Source of the DNA: an uncultured virus (IMG/VR IMGVR_UViG_3300035145_001531)
Lineage: Duplodnaviria; Heunggongvirae; Uroviricota; Caudoviricetes
DNA length: 64,000 nucleotides
Direction: 5' to 3' (one strand)
Virus record (IMG/VR): IMGVR_UViG_3300035145_001531
The notes beneath the pieces are model-generated. The model saw nothing but the letters and a program-made list of their open reading frames with translations. It had not been told where the DNA came from and did no database searches. Made by a program: the position numbers and the translations under genes. Below are positions 17,196-27,157 of this stretch, in pieces (position 1 is the first letter of the stretch; each line of letters starts with the position of its first letter).

Positions 17196-17524
17196 GAGTT
17201 TATAGATTTGAAGAATGGCTAAATGAAAAGTTAATCCATTACCCTGGGTTTGATGGCGTTAAACTAACTGGACACGTAGAAGGTGATAAGGCTAAGTTAG
17301 ACCATATCGAGGTAAAGGCTGCTCAAAGAGGTAGTGGTATTGGTTCTAAAGCAGTAGCTGATTTTGAACAATGGGCTAAAGAGCAGGGCGCTAAATTCGT
17401 TGAGATCGACGCGTATAAGAAGTCGGTTAACTTTTGGGATAAGATGGGATATGAGTTAGAGGCTGAGTTCCCAGTGATTGGCGGTTACAAACAAGATTAC
17501 AAAACAGGCATTAAACAATTATGA
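17192..17524 (+). CDS. GNAT acetyltransferase with capsid-targeting-like N-terminus
   Basis: QRGSGIGS acetyl-CoA motif and FWDKMGY. Starts MRVYRFEEWLNE. Confidence 0.8.
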   Translation: MRVYRFEEWLNEKLIHYPGFDGVKLTGHVEGDKAKLDHIEVKAAQRGSGIGSKAVADFEQWAKEQGAKFVEIDAYKKSVNFWDKMGYELEAEFPVIGGYKQDYKTGIKQL

Positions 17525-17865
17525 GACGTGTAAAGCTATTTGAAGATTTTCTTAATGAGAAGAAGCCTAACGTTAAGAAAAATGTGAAGAAGATTGATAA
17601 GAAGATCCAGAAGCAGATTAGTAAGCGTGAGGATCTAATCAACCAAGTTAAACAGGAACAGGAAAAGGGTGACGCTACTAGCCAACAAAAGGCTACGCTA
17701 AGTAAATTAAAAATGAAGCAGGCTGAGATTGAGGTGCAAAAACAGACTGTTAAAAAGCAGATTGAAATTCAAAAGGCTCAGCTTAGAACCACTAAGAAGA
17801 AGGCAGCTGCTGGTGAAGAGCTAGAAAAGAAGGCAAAAGAGACTAAAAAAGAGTCAGATAAATAA
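17521..17865 (+). CDS. Lys-rich coiled-coil protein, putative internal head protein
   Basis: MRRVKLFEDFLNE followed by a highly basic helical body. Confidence 0.65.
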   Translation: MRRVKLFEDFLNEKKPNVKKNVKKIDKKIQKQISKREDLINQVKQEQEKGDATSQQKATLSKLKMKQAEIEVQKQTVKKQIEIQKAQLRTTKKKAAAGEELEKKAKETKKESDK

Positions 17866-17868
17866 TAC

Positions 17869-19272
17869 ATGAAGTATATCAAATCACTTTCTGAAAAAGA
17901 GAAACTTAAGTGGCATGACTCCGATGCACCCGATGCCGAAGGTAGGTTTAGAGACCTGAGCCCTAAGGATCTGGCAGCGTGGTTAATTAAGACTAGGAAG
18001 GGTGATATGAAAAAGATTAGCGGCTCATTAAGTCAACAAGTAGCATTCAATAAAAACGACGATCCTGAATACGTAAAGAAAATGGATAAGACTAGAAAAG
18101 AAGTCTATAAACAATTAGATAGAGAAGATCTGCTAGAATCCGTACTTAACGAAGAGGAAACATATAACGATTATCCTGCCGCTGCAAAGAAGAATGCTCA
18201 GATGGCAATTGATTGGAAAGAGAAGTACGGTAGAGACGAAGTGCCTGCTGGAACTCCAGTTGGTTGGGCAAGAGCACATCAACTAGCGAAAGGCGAAAAG
18301 ATCTCAGCAGATACAGTTAAGAGAATGTCTGCATTTAATAGACACAGAAAAAATTCATCAATTGCACCAGAACATAAAGACGAACCTTGGAAAGATAATG
18401 GCTATGTAGCATGGTTAATCTGGGGTGGCGACGAAGGTGTTGATTGGGCAATTGAAAAATCAAAAGAAATAGATGCTATGAAAGAAGCAAACCAAATGAG
18501 ATTTATTAAACCTCTAAATGAGTTTAAGACTAATGAGGCTAAAATGCCAGATAAGTATATTGGTAATGATGATATAGTTTATCTTAAAACTAAAGAGGAC
18601 TCAAGAGGTGCACATTACAACCTTTACTATAAAGGACATGACATCGACTTCGGTGGTCGTAGGTTCGGTAGTGAAAAAGAACTAGAAGATTTTGCTAGTA
18701 ACTATATTCTATCTAATCAATTGTATAAGAAGCTAAGATATGCTGATGCAAAACCTCTACCAGAGTCTGTAGTCAATGAAAGTTACTGGAGCGGCTATGA
18801 CTATGATAAATGGACTAAAGAGAATGGTAAACCTAAATATCCAAAATGGGTAAAGACTACCCTAAAGGAAATTGTTAAAGGTGGATTCATGGACCCAGTT
18901 TATGATTCCGAACACATGTACATGGTCTTATGGTTAGGTTCATTTGATAATCAAAGAAGGTCAGAACTTTTTGCTTATGACAAAAAAGGTAAGAAAGAGT
19001 TTGGTAACGTAGGCTATAAATTGGCTAGGGATAAATGGAATGACTTAACAGGCTACACTATGTTCTCTATGATGGGAGCAATGTATGCGCTTGAAGTTTC
19101 TAAACATATCCAAGATAGAATAGCTAACGGAGAACCGGTAGAACCAGCATACTATATGATGAAAGAATACTTTAATAATTTCGGTATGGACACTAAGAGA
19201 AGCAGAATTTTCAACGCTGCTTATGAGAAATTAGAGAAGTGGATGAAGGACAACCAAATCCAGACCCTATAA
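17869..19272 (+). CDS. Multi-module putative internal head (poly)protein
   Basis: Starts MKYIKSLSE. Internal VLNE, MRFIKPLNEFKTNE and VVNE separate the modules. Contains a GTPVGWARA..WLIWGGD phage domain. Confidence 0.65.
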   Translation: MKYIKSLSEKEKLKWHDSDAPDAEGRFRDLSPKDLAAWLIKTRKGDMKKISGSLSQQVAFNKNDDPEYVKKMDKTRKEVYKQLDREDLLESVLNEEETYNDYPAAAKKNAQMAIDWKEKYGRDEVPAGTPVGWARAHQLAKGEKISADTVKRMSAFNRHRKNSSIAPEHKDEPWKDNGYVAWLIWGGDEGVDWAIEKSKEIDAMKEANQMRFIKPLNEFKTNEAKMPDKYIGNDDIVYLKTKEDSRGAHYNLYYKGHDIDFGGRRFGSEKELEDFASNYILSNQLYKKLRYADAKPLPESVVNESYWSGYDYDKWTKENGKPKYPKWVKTTLKEIVKGGFMDPVYDSEHMYMVLWLGSFDNQRRSELFAYDKKGKKEFGNVGYKLARDKWNDLTGYTMFSMMGAMYALEVSKHIQDRIANGEPVEPAYYMMKEYFNNFGMDTKRSRIFNAAYEKLEKWMKDNQIQTL

Positions 19273-19316
19273 TACAATATTAGCAAGATATATAATAAAA
19301 ACAGATAAAAAGAGGC

Positions 19317-20252
19317 ATGCCAGCAACATATCAAAGAACAGTACAGTGGACGGGTGAAAATACAGGTGGTGCAAACTACAACTGGATTGACGTCAATGGT
19401 GCTGAAACACAAGGATGGATTACCAGACAGGAAAGTTCTACAACAGATGTTTGGAACTTTACAATCTCTGATAATAACACAGGTGCAACTAGAACTGCAA
19501 ATTATGAGGTAAGACACTGGACTTGGACTCAAGGTACTACAGATACTACCCTATCAGATACATTTACGATTACACAATATGCTGATAGTGGTATTGAAGT
19601 AACTACTACGGCAGCTCCGACTACAGCAGCTCCGACTACGGCAGCTCCGACTACGGCAGCTCCGACTACGGCAGCTCCGACTACGGCAGCTCCGACTACG
19701 GCAGCTCCTTCTATTTACACACTGACTTATGATGGTAACCAAGCAACTGGTGGTAGCACCTCGCCTACTTCAGGCCCAATACCTCTAACAATAGCTGCAA
19801 ACGGATTTACTAGGACGGGTTATTCATTCGTTGAATGGAATACGGACGGTTCTGGTACGGGATCAGGTTACGGTGAAGGTGCATCTTGGATGGGAGCTGA
19901 TGCTACACTATATGCAATATGGCAACAGAATACTACAACTGCAGCGCCAATTGCACAGGACGTTAACTTCCAAAGTACAACTAAAAATCTAGCAGGTGCA
20001 GCAGGTAGCTTCGTAGATGTTATCAGTAGAGATAGCGGTACGGGTTCAGGCGTACCTTTCACATATACTTATGAATCCGGTAGTTCTGGAGCTGGTGCGG
20101 GTAAAATCTATTGGGCGACTGACGAATTTGGAACAACTCAAACATCCGCACCTACTTGGATTACAGGAGTTAGCGGCGGATTCGGTACTAACTTCGGTGG
20201 AATAGATAATACTGAGGGAAGTGTAACAGTAACATATACAGAAAATAGCTAA
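19317..20252 (+). CDS. Virion fibre/decoration-like protein: BACON-like domain, (TTAAP)7, Listeria-Bacteroides repeat
   Basis: W...N.G..R...TITQ; YTLTYDGN..FTRTGYSFVEWNT..TLYAIW. It ends in half of a BACON-like domain. Confidence 0.7.
   Translation: MPATYQRTVQWTGENTGGANYNWIDVNGAETQGWITRQESSTTDVWNFTISDNNTGATRTANYEVRHWTWTQGTTDTTLSDTFTITQYADSGIEVTTTAAPTTAAPTTAAPTTAAPTTAAPTTAAPTTAAPSIYTLTYDGNQATGGSTSPTSGPIPLTIAANGFTRTGYSFVEWNTDGSGTGSGYGEGASWMGADATLYAIWQQNTTTAAPIAQDVNFQSTTKNLAGAAGSFVDVISRDSGTGSGVPFTYTYESGSSGAGAGKIYWATDEFGTTQTSAPTWITGVSGGFGTNFGGIDNTEGSVTVTYTENS
19605..19709 (+). repeat. Seven tandem 15-bp units encoding TTAAP
   Basis: ACTACGGCAGCTCCG x7, nearly perfect. Confidence 0.95.
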
Positions 20253-20270
20253 AAATTAATACAGAATAAA

Positions 20271-21302
20271 ATGGCAGGACCTTTACCAGGATTAAGCAGA
20301 ACAGCATATTTAGTAATTACACACCCAGATAACGGTGATGTTAAAGATGTGTTGACAATTACACAGGCGGCGATCGTAACAACTCAACCGCCACAACCTA
20401 CTTTTACATGGGCATTAGGAGGCGGATTTAATGGTGACGGTGTTAATCCTACCCCAGGGAATCCATCATCATACCAAGGATCTACTACTTCAGGAAATTT
20501 ATCAAACACTGATCCTGATTCAGTTGCTGCTGGTACATTTAGCTTATGGGCAGCACATCAGGATGCAAATGGCAATAACATTACATCGGCTCCCTCCGGT
20601 GGATGGTCTCAATATTTAACCACACCGACTTATATCTACTTTATCGCTGCTACTTGGGTTTCCTCTGCTAATAAATGGGAGTTTTCGTTTCAAGTTGATA
20701 GCGCTGATAGTGGATTCCCCAATGACGCAAATAATGACGTTATAGGTAATATTTATTGTACAGTTACCGGTTCTAATATTGGCTATAGTGTAATTATTGA
20801 TGCAGTCCAATCATGTCACGTCGCTGGGACTGTGATAAATCTGGCGGACGGTACGACTAAACTAGTAGAAAACCTACAAGTGGGTGATATATTAGCATCT
20901 TATGATATTTCTGGACTTGGACATGATGAAACAAGCTCAACTTGGCAAGAATACTCAAGCCAACTTAATCAATTCTCTGCTTCATCACAATCTGCTGAAG
21001 TTGTGGCAATCCAAAGCTCTGAATTCGGTAAATACGTTAACTTTAATAACGGTTTAACAAAGGTTACAGAAGAGCACCCTGTATTAATAAAAGACTCTGC
21101 TAATAATGTATCATTTAAACAAGTGGTTGATGTAGTTATTGGGGATTCATTCTATATTAATGACACATGGGTTGAGATTACATCTAAAGAAGTAGTTGAA
21201 GAAACAATTACAGCATATACAATAGATGTTGAGGAACGCGATGTATATGTTGCAGATGGTATCTTATGGCATAATGCCGCTAACTTACAAAAAGTATTCT
21301 AA
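20271..21302 (+). CDS. Virion-associated protein with C-terminal Hint domain
   Basis: N-terminal BACON half (SRTAYLVITHP..TITQ) and a C-terminal Hint domain. Confidence 0.75.
   Translation: MAGPLPGLSRTAYLVITHPDNGDVKDVLTITQAAIVTTQPPQPTFTWALGGGFNGDGVNPTPGNPSSYQGSTTSGNLSNTDPDSVAAGTFSLWAAHQDANGNNITSAPSGGWSQYLTTPTYIYFIAATWVSSANKWEFSFQVDSADSGFPNDANNDVIGNIYCTVTGSNIGYSVIIDAVQSCHVAGTVINLADGTTKLVENLQVGDILASYDISGLGHDETSSTWQEYSSQLNQFSASSQSAEVVAIQSSEFGKYVNFNNGLTKVTEEHPVLIKDSANNVSFKQVVDVVIGDSFYINDTWVEITSKEVVEETITAYTIDVEERDVYVADGILWHNAANLQKVF
20814..21275 (+). other. Hint (intein-like autoprocessing) domain, no endonuclease
   Basis: Block A CHVAGTVINLADG..VENLQVGD, block B VTEEHP, blocks F/G YTIDV...YVADGILWHN. 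The +1 residue is Ala. Confidence 0.88.
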
Positions 21303-21322
21303 TAAAAATTAAACATATAAAA

Positions 21323-21898
<576 letters not shown>

Positions 21899-21900
21899 TT

Positions 21901-22251
21901 ATGAAGCATATCAAACCGCTTAACGAATTTAAGGCTACAGATATTAAAGCCGTGCATGAGTCTGATAAGACTCCTACTATGCTATTAGCAGATGAAATCG
22001 AAGGAGCTGAATACCACATGGCATTTAGTGACGGAGAAAGTGTTGAGGCTAGATCTACTAAGAAAACATGGGACGATGGTGTACCTGTACTTAAGTATAT
22101 CGCCAGAGCTCCTAAGAAATACGTAGACTTGCCGAAAGGTAAATTTGAGGTGGTTATTGACGATAAATACGGATGGTATTACTGGCAACACAAAGGCGTC
22201 TGGTATGGTATGGAGACTGACGACGATACAGTACCTCCATTTGAATATTAA
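21901..22251 (+). CDS. Hypothetical protein, capsid-targeting-like N-terminus
   Basis: Likely start is 21901 (MKHIKPLNEF). Confidence 0.7.
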   Translation: MKHIKPLNEFKATDIKAVHESDKTPTMLLADEIEGAEYHMAFSDGESVEARSTKKTWDDGVPVLKYIARAPKKYVDLPKGKFEVVIDDKYGWYYWQHKGVWYGMETDDDTVPPFEY

Positions 22252-22253
22252 CT

Positions 22254-22316
22254 ATGAAAAAAGTAAAACAAATATTTTGGGAATACTGGATTCAACCCTG
22301 GAACCCGATACATTAA
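22254..22316 (+). CDS. Possible 20-aa Trp-rich peptide
   Basis: MKKVKQIFWEYWIQPWNPIH fills the gap between two genes almost exactly. Confidence 0.3.
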   Translation: MKKVKQIFWEYWIQPWNPIH

Positions 22317-22324
22317 TTAAGACT

Positions 22325-22750
22325 ATGAAACACATTAAACTATTTGAACAATTTATTAATGAGGGCATGAAGCCAGGTAAAGATACTGAGCTTGCTAATG
22401 CTATCATTAAAGCACTCTATGCAGAAAGAGACACCGAAGAAGGTGCTGCAATTTCTAGACTTGGAGGTAGAGAATCATTACCCGGAGGTACTGCTGATGA
22501 AATGATGTATCTAAGTGGATTTGATAAGGACTCAGTTAAGGCTGTAGCAAAAGGCAGAGTAAGAGTGCCTTCTAAATTTATGATGGGTGAATTAATCGCA
22601 GCAGCTGCCGACAATGGTAATAGTTATTATTTTGACGGTGAGTTTGTTGAAAACTCTAAAAGCATTCCAGGTACTAAAAAAGGTATGCCATTTAGAGATT
22701 TTATCGACACTCTAGTTAAGGCTGGTATTATCGAAGCTCCTTCGTATTAA
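22325..22750 (+). CDS. Hypothetical protein, capsid-targeting-like N-terminus
   Basis: Likely start is 22325 (MKHIKLFEQFINE). Confidence 0.7.
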   Translation: MKHIKLFEQFINEGMKPGKDTELANAIIKALYAERDTEEGAAISRLGGRESLPGGTADEMMYLSGFDKDSVKAVAKGRVRVPSKFMMGELIAAAADNGNSYYFDGEFVENSKSIPGTKKGMPFRDFIDTLVKAGIIEAPSY

Positions 22751-22774
22751 GATCTAAGTAATTTTAAACTTTTT

Positions 22775-22815
22775 AAAGAGTCTATGTATAACATTAGTAA
22801 CATAGACTCTTTTTT
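22775..22815 (+). terminator. Terminator-like hairpin overlapping a middle-type promoter
   Basis: AAAGAGTCTATGT / ACATAGACTCTTT 13-bp inverted repeat followed by a T run. Confidence 0.65.
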
Positions 22816-22817
22816 AT

Positions 22818-23324
22818 ATGCCTAGAATTCCGGTAGATTTAATTTATATGCAGATGGCTTATCAGATAGCCAAGCTCTCGTATGCTAAACGCAGGCGCGT
22901 TGGCTGTATTATCGTTAAAGATAAGCAGATTATTTCAACAGGATATAACGGTACACCACATGGCTTTGATAATGGTTGTGAAGAGGAACAAGTGCGTTAT
23001 TACGAAAATCCTGACCACGCTCTAACATTAGAAGAAAAAGGATATACTTGTGATAATGGTTGCTGTTCAAAAGAGGTAACTAAAAGAGAAGTCTTACACG
23101 CAGAGTCTAATGCACTTGCTAAAATTAGTAAGTCCACGCTAAGCTCAGAGGGCGCAGATCTTTATACAACAACATGTCCATGTTTTGACTGCGCAAAATT
23201 AATTATTCAATCAGGTATCAAAAGAGTATTCTACTCAGAGGACTATAGAGATATGTCAGGTGTAGATCTATTAAAACAAGCTGGTATCGAAGTAAATGAG
23301 GTAATATGCTGGAACGCGGAGTAA
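22818..23324 (+). CDS. dCMP deaminase
   Basis: TGYNGTP, HAESNA and PCFDCAKLIIQSGI. Confidence 0.93.
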   Translation: MPRIPVDLIYMQMAYQIAKLSYAKRRRVGCIIVKDKQIISTGYNGTPHGFDNGCEEEQVRYYENPDHALTLEEKGYTCDNGCCSKEVTKREVLHAESNALAKISKSTLSSEGADLYTTTCPCFDCAKLIIQSGIKRVFYSEDYRDMSGVDLLKQAGIEVNEVICWNAE

Positions 23325-25039
23325 CCGAAATTATAGACCTAGCACTAGAGCAGAATATATTCGGTAAGGACTTCCAATTTAGAGAGGGCCAAAGAGAAGT
23401 TATTGAGGCTATCTGCAATCACTATCTACAGGATCCAGAAGGCACTATCATTTTAGATGCTCCAACTGGAAGCGGTAAATCACTAATTGCTATGTGGTCC
23501 GCACACATTCTTAAAGAATTAGGCAAACGCGGGTATTTGGTCACATCTGATCTGATGCTACAAGATCAGTATGAAGAAGACTTTAAACAATTCAAATTGG
23601 ATTGGCCCAGTATTAGAGGTGTGGATAACTATGAATGTATTGTAAATGATCTGCCATTCTCACTAGGTGACTGTAAGATGAAAGGTATCGGGTATGAACA
23701 AGCCGAACAACTCTCTTGCTGGAATCAATGTGGGTATCTTCAGGCTAGGCGGCGCGCGAAGGAGCTACCTGTAGCTCTCTTCAACTATTCATATTATCTA
23801 ATACAAAGGAATTATGTAGAGGATAAGATGGAAGAACAGGACAGAGAAGTACCGTTTCCTATGAGAGACTTTGTATTCTTTGATGAAGCACATAAGGTAG
23901 ACAGTATTGTACAATCACACTTTAGTCCTAGGATAGACACTAGTACACCTAAGTTATTTAGAGAAGTAAACAGGTTTATACAGAAACATGGATTGGAAGC
24001 TTCCTGGGTATCTGATAACAGAATAGAAGACATCGTTGACCGCTTAATGCGGGAAGACGATCACCAAGAGCTTATGAAGCACATCAGCGAGTTCAGAGGT
24101 ATTGCCGTGGTATATCGCAAGGTCAGACAAGCGGCCCTGAAGCGTAGTAAACGCCAGTATCGGTCTGGTGATGTGCCCAAAGAATGGCAGCAATTTTTCG
24201 GACGAATGGACAGGCTTAAAGACATCTGGTGCAAGTTTGATGACTATCATGACATAATTAAGGAGCTTGGCACGGATGCGATCGTTATTAAGAAGATGGA
24301 GAATGAGGTGCAGTTCTTATGTTTGGAAGAGGCAATGATGATTGATAAATTCTTACAGAAGAAGAGTGGCTTTAAAGTCTTTATGTCAGCAACGTTGGGT
24401 GATATTAGAGCATTTGCAAAACATACTAAGATGGGTAATGCAAAGGTGATTAGAATGGACAACAAATTTTCCTACAAAAAATCCCCCATCGTTTTCGTCA
24501 ATAGGCACAAACTGTCTTTTAGAGAACGCGAACAAAATCTCCCCAAAGTAGTAGAGACACTAGACAAGATCTTAGAGAAACATAAAGGACAAAGCGGCAT
24601 CATTCATGCAGGGTCCTATGAGTTCATGGACTACATCAATGCTAAATCTAAACACAAGTTCAGTTTTATCACCTATGACTCTGCAAAAGAACGTAGTGGT
24701 GCGATCGAACTCTTCAATAAGATAGATGGTAAAATATTGGTGGGACCATCACTACTAGAAGGTCTGGATTTAAAGGACGAGAAGTCTAGATTCCAGATCT
24801 TTTTTAAAGTACCATATCCATCATTAGGCGACCCGCTAGTAAAGGCCAAGATGAGTTCATTCCCAGGCTGGTATGATTGGAAAACAGGTATTGCTATTCA
24901 GCAGGGTGCTGGTAGGAGCATTAGATCTAAAGATGATTGGGCAGTTACGTATATTCTGGACGCGTGTTTTAGAAGCTTGATAAATAAAGAGGGATTCTTT
25001 CCACCGTCATTTACTAATAGGATTAAAACAATTTATTAA
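23306..25039 (+). CDS. DinG/XPD-family SF2 helicase
   Basis: Q motif FREGQ, APTGSGKS, a Cys cluster, FDEAH, MSATL, EGLD, KVPYP and QGAGRSIR. Confidence 0.9.
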   Translation: MLERGVTEIIDLALEQNIFGKDFQFREGQREVIEAICNHYLQDPEGTIILDAPTGSGKSLIAMWSAHILKELGKRGYLVTSDLMLQDQYEEDFKQFKLDWPSIRGVDNYECIVNDLPFSLGDCKMKGIGYEQAEQLSCWNQCGYLQARRRAKELPVALFNYSYYLIQRNYVEDKMEEQDREVPFPMRDFVFFDEAHKVDSIVQSHFSPRIDTSTPKLFREVNRFIQKHGLEASWVSDNRIEDIVDRLMREDDHQELMKHISEFRGIAVVYRKVRQAALKRSKRQYRSGDVPKEWQQFFGRMDRLKDIWCKFDDYHDIIKELGTDAIVIKKMENEVQFLCLEEAMMIDKFLQKKSGFKVFMSATLGDIRAFAKHTKMGNAKVIRMDNKFSYKKSPIVFVNRHKLSFREREQNLPKVVETLDKILEKHKGQSGIIHAGSYEFMDYINAKSKHKFSFITYDSAKERSGAIELFNKIDGKILVGPSLLEGLDLKDEKSRFQIFFKVPYPSLGDPLVKAKMSSFPGWYDWKTGIAIQQGAGRSIRSKDDWAVTYILDACFRSLINKEGFFPPSFTNRIKTIY

Positions 25040-25632
25040 TGGCATTTAGTTTAACAATTATAGATAATTTTTATAGTAACCCAGAGGAGGTTAGACAATT
25101 TGCACTAGAGCAAGACTTTGAAGTAGATGGTAATTATCCAGGCCACAGGACCGTACCACATCTATCAGAGTCGGTAAAAGATTATTTTGCTAAACATTTA
25201 AGCCCAGTACACGGCGAGATCTATTGGCCAGATCCAGAGCACGTAGAAAGCTACTGCGGTTCATACCAATATACTACATCTAGGGATAGAACCTGGATTC
25301 ATGCAGATGGTACAACCACTTGGGCTGGTATAATTTACTTGACACCTGACGCACCACTCTCTGGTGGGACCGGATTATTTAGACACAAGAAGACTGGGTT
25401 ATACGGCACGCCAAGATTAGAAGACGGTAGAGTTAATCAACCCCTGTTAGATGTGGTATATGAAGATGCTCAAGACTATACCAAATGGGAGATGACTGAT
25501 CGAGTGGCTAATGTGTTTAATAGACTAGTGGTTTATCGTGGTGATTACTTCCATGCTTCATTAGACTACTTTGGCACAAACAAAGAGAACGGCAGACTAT
25601 TTCAAACATTTTTCTTTAATACTGAATTTTAA
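25039..25632 (+). CDS. 2OG-Fe(II) oxygenase-like protein (DUF6445-like)
   Basis: IIDNFY.NP, WIHAD, IYLTP, GT.LF, FNRLV.Y, HAS and RLFQ.FF. Confidence 0.75.
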   Translation: MAFSLTIIDNFYSNPEEVRQFALEQDFEVDGNYPGHRTVPHLSESVKDYFAKHLSPVHGEIYWPDPEHVESYCGSYQYTTSRDRTWIHADGTTTWAGIIYLTPDAPLSGGTGLFRHKKTGLYGTPRLEDGRVNQPLLDVVYEDAQDYTKWEMTDRVANVFNRLVVYRGDYFHASLDYFGTNKENGRLFQTFFFNTEF

Positions 25633-25636
25633 AACT

Positions 25637-25855
25637 ATGGGATTTAACAAGATGTTTCTACCAGAGGTAGAAGACCTAAAACAATTTTTAGCAGAACATG
25701 GCGAAGAACGTTTCTATGAGAGGTGGGTAGTCACCTTTATGAAACGAGATGCGATCATTGGGCCCGATGCCTCTTTCGAGTTTATTAAACAATTTCTAGA
25801 TCGTGAGTATAACAATAATAAACCAAATAGTCAACTCAGCGTTGACCTTGGTTAG
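25637..25855 (+). CDS. Hypothetical protein
   Basis: Likely start is ATG 25637 (MGFNKMFLP). Confidence 0.6.
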   Translation: MGFNKMFLPEVEDLKQFLAEHGEERFYERWVVTFMKRDAIIGPDASFEFIKQFLDREYNNNKPNSQLSVDLG

Positions 25856-25874
25856 TAGATTAAATAAAAAAGAT

Positions 25875-26432
25875 ATGAGTACTACTGAGACTAAAGAAAA
25901 GATTCTAGTGTGGTCTAAGACCGAGAAGGCTGGCCAAATAGTAATTGTCGATCGTGTCGAGGGCGAGTTTACGTATTTTACAGATGGGTCACAGGTATTT
26001 ACAAACGTAATACCTGAAGTATTAATAGAGGCTAAAGATATGGCAGACGCGGAGAGACTTTCACAGCCATTTAATGCATCCGTTACTGATGAACCTCTAA
26101 ATGTAGCCCCGGGACAGACACTTAAACAGACACAACCAGCAGGTGAAGTAAATGTGATGTTAGAGATGCTTAGAAAATTAAGCGCTAAAAATACTATTAC
26201 AATGCCTCTAAATTTAAATATTCCATCTCAGGATGTTTATGAATTATTTAAAGATCAGATGGACATTACAAAGGCTGATTTAAATGAGCAAATTTTGCTA
26301 TTAATTATGAGCCAGATAGATAACTTACAAGAACAATTAAAACCACAAGCAGAAGAATTTATTAATAATTACTACAATGGCAGAAGAAACGCAAAACAAC
26401 CAACAGGAGCAGCGCCCGATATTAACTTCTAG
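25875..26432 (+). CDS. Hypothetical protein
   Basis: Likely start is ATG 25875, downstream of AAAC-N17-TATAAC at 25787. Confidence 0.7.
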   Translation: MSTTETKEKILVWSKTEKAGQIVIVDRVEGEFTYFTDGSQVFTNVIPEVLIEAKDMADAERLSQPFNASVTDEPLNVAPGQTLKQTQPAGEVNVMLEMLRKLSAKNTITMPLNLNIPSQDVYELFKDQMDITKADLNEQILLLIMSQIDNLQEQLKPQAEEFINNYYNGRRNAKQPTGAAPDINF

Positions 26433-26823
26433 AAAACAAAGAAGGTATATGATGAAGCAACAAGGTGTTCTTAGATACCTTAGTAAGCTTCCATATTTAG
26501 GTGAGGTGAGAACTAAACTCAGACAACAGAACATGGAGAATGGTAGAAAGATCCACCAACAACATGTTGATGCTAGCGAAGCTCGCAATGCTGCTAGATT
26601 AGAGCAAATTTTAGAGGGTTACACTAATGCTGACGGTGAAAGAGTGCCTGGCTTAAAAGATCAATGGTCTGCTCAAGGCTATAATGATAAAGAAATTGCA
26701 ATGCTAGAAGAAGCATGGGCTCTAAGTGTGATTAAGGACAAAGAAACTTATCAGTCTGATAAGAAAAAAAGAAGAGCGTTACAAAAAGAAGCAAAGGCTT
26801 CTAGAGACGCTAGACAAAAATAA
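26377..26823 (+). CDS. Hypothetical basic helical protein
   Basis: 148 aa ORF. Confidence 0.7.
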   Translation: MAEETQNNQQEQRPILTSRKQRRYMMKQQGVLRYLSKLPYLGEVRTKLRQQNMENGRKIHQQHVDASEARNAARLEQILEGYTNADGERVPGLKDQWSAQGYNDKEIAMLEEAWALSVIKDKETYQSDKKKRRALQKEAKASRDARQK

Positions 26824-26833
26824 TTTACAGTAG

Positions 26834-27157
26834 ATGATTACTATTTCTATCGAGCCGGCTGACAACGGTGTGTTAAAATTTTTGATTGATGATAACGTCA
26901 ATGGTGGCGGTGAAGAATTCACTTCAAGAACAGTATATGATTTTGAAGGTCTTGCTGGTAGAGCAAATCAAGTTAAGTTCCTAAAAGACTTGATTCTGGA
27001 TCTAGGTATGACCACCGGCAGTGAATTAGACCACGATAAAGTAGTAGTTAAAACTGAATGGGGTACTCAATATGTGCCCAGCGAAACAGAAATTAAATCA
27101 AGGATTGCAGCCTTGGAGAAGGAACTTAATAGGCTGCAGTCTTTAAGAAAGAAATGA
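26834..27157 (+). CDS. Hypothetical protein
   Basis: 107 aa ORF with a C-terminal coiled coil. Confidence 0.7.
   Translation: MITISIEPADNGVLKFLIDDNVNGGGEEFTSRTVYDFEGLAGRANQVKFLKDLILDLGMTTGSELDHDKVVVKTEWGTQYVPSETEIKSRIAALEKELNRLQSLRKK

Noticed and set aside
19605..19709. Tandem repeat as a CRISPR array
   Set aside because: The 15-bp units are contiguous with no spacers and are in-frame coding (TTAAP).
20814..21275. Mobile intein with homing endonuclease
   Set aside because: It is too short, has no LAGLIDADG/HNH motifs, the +1 residue is Ala, and there is essentially no C-extein.
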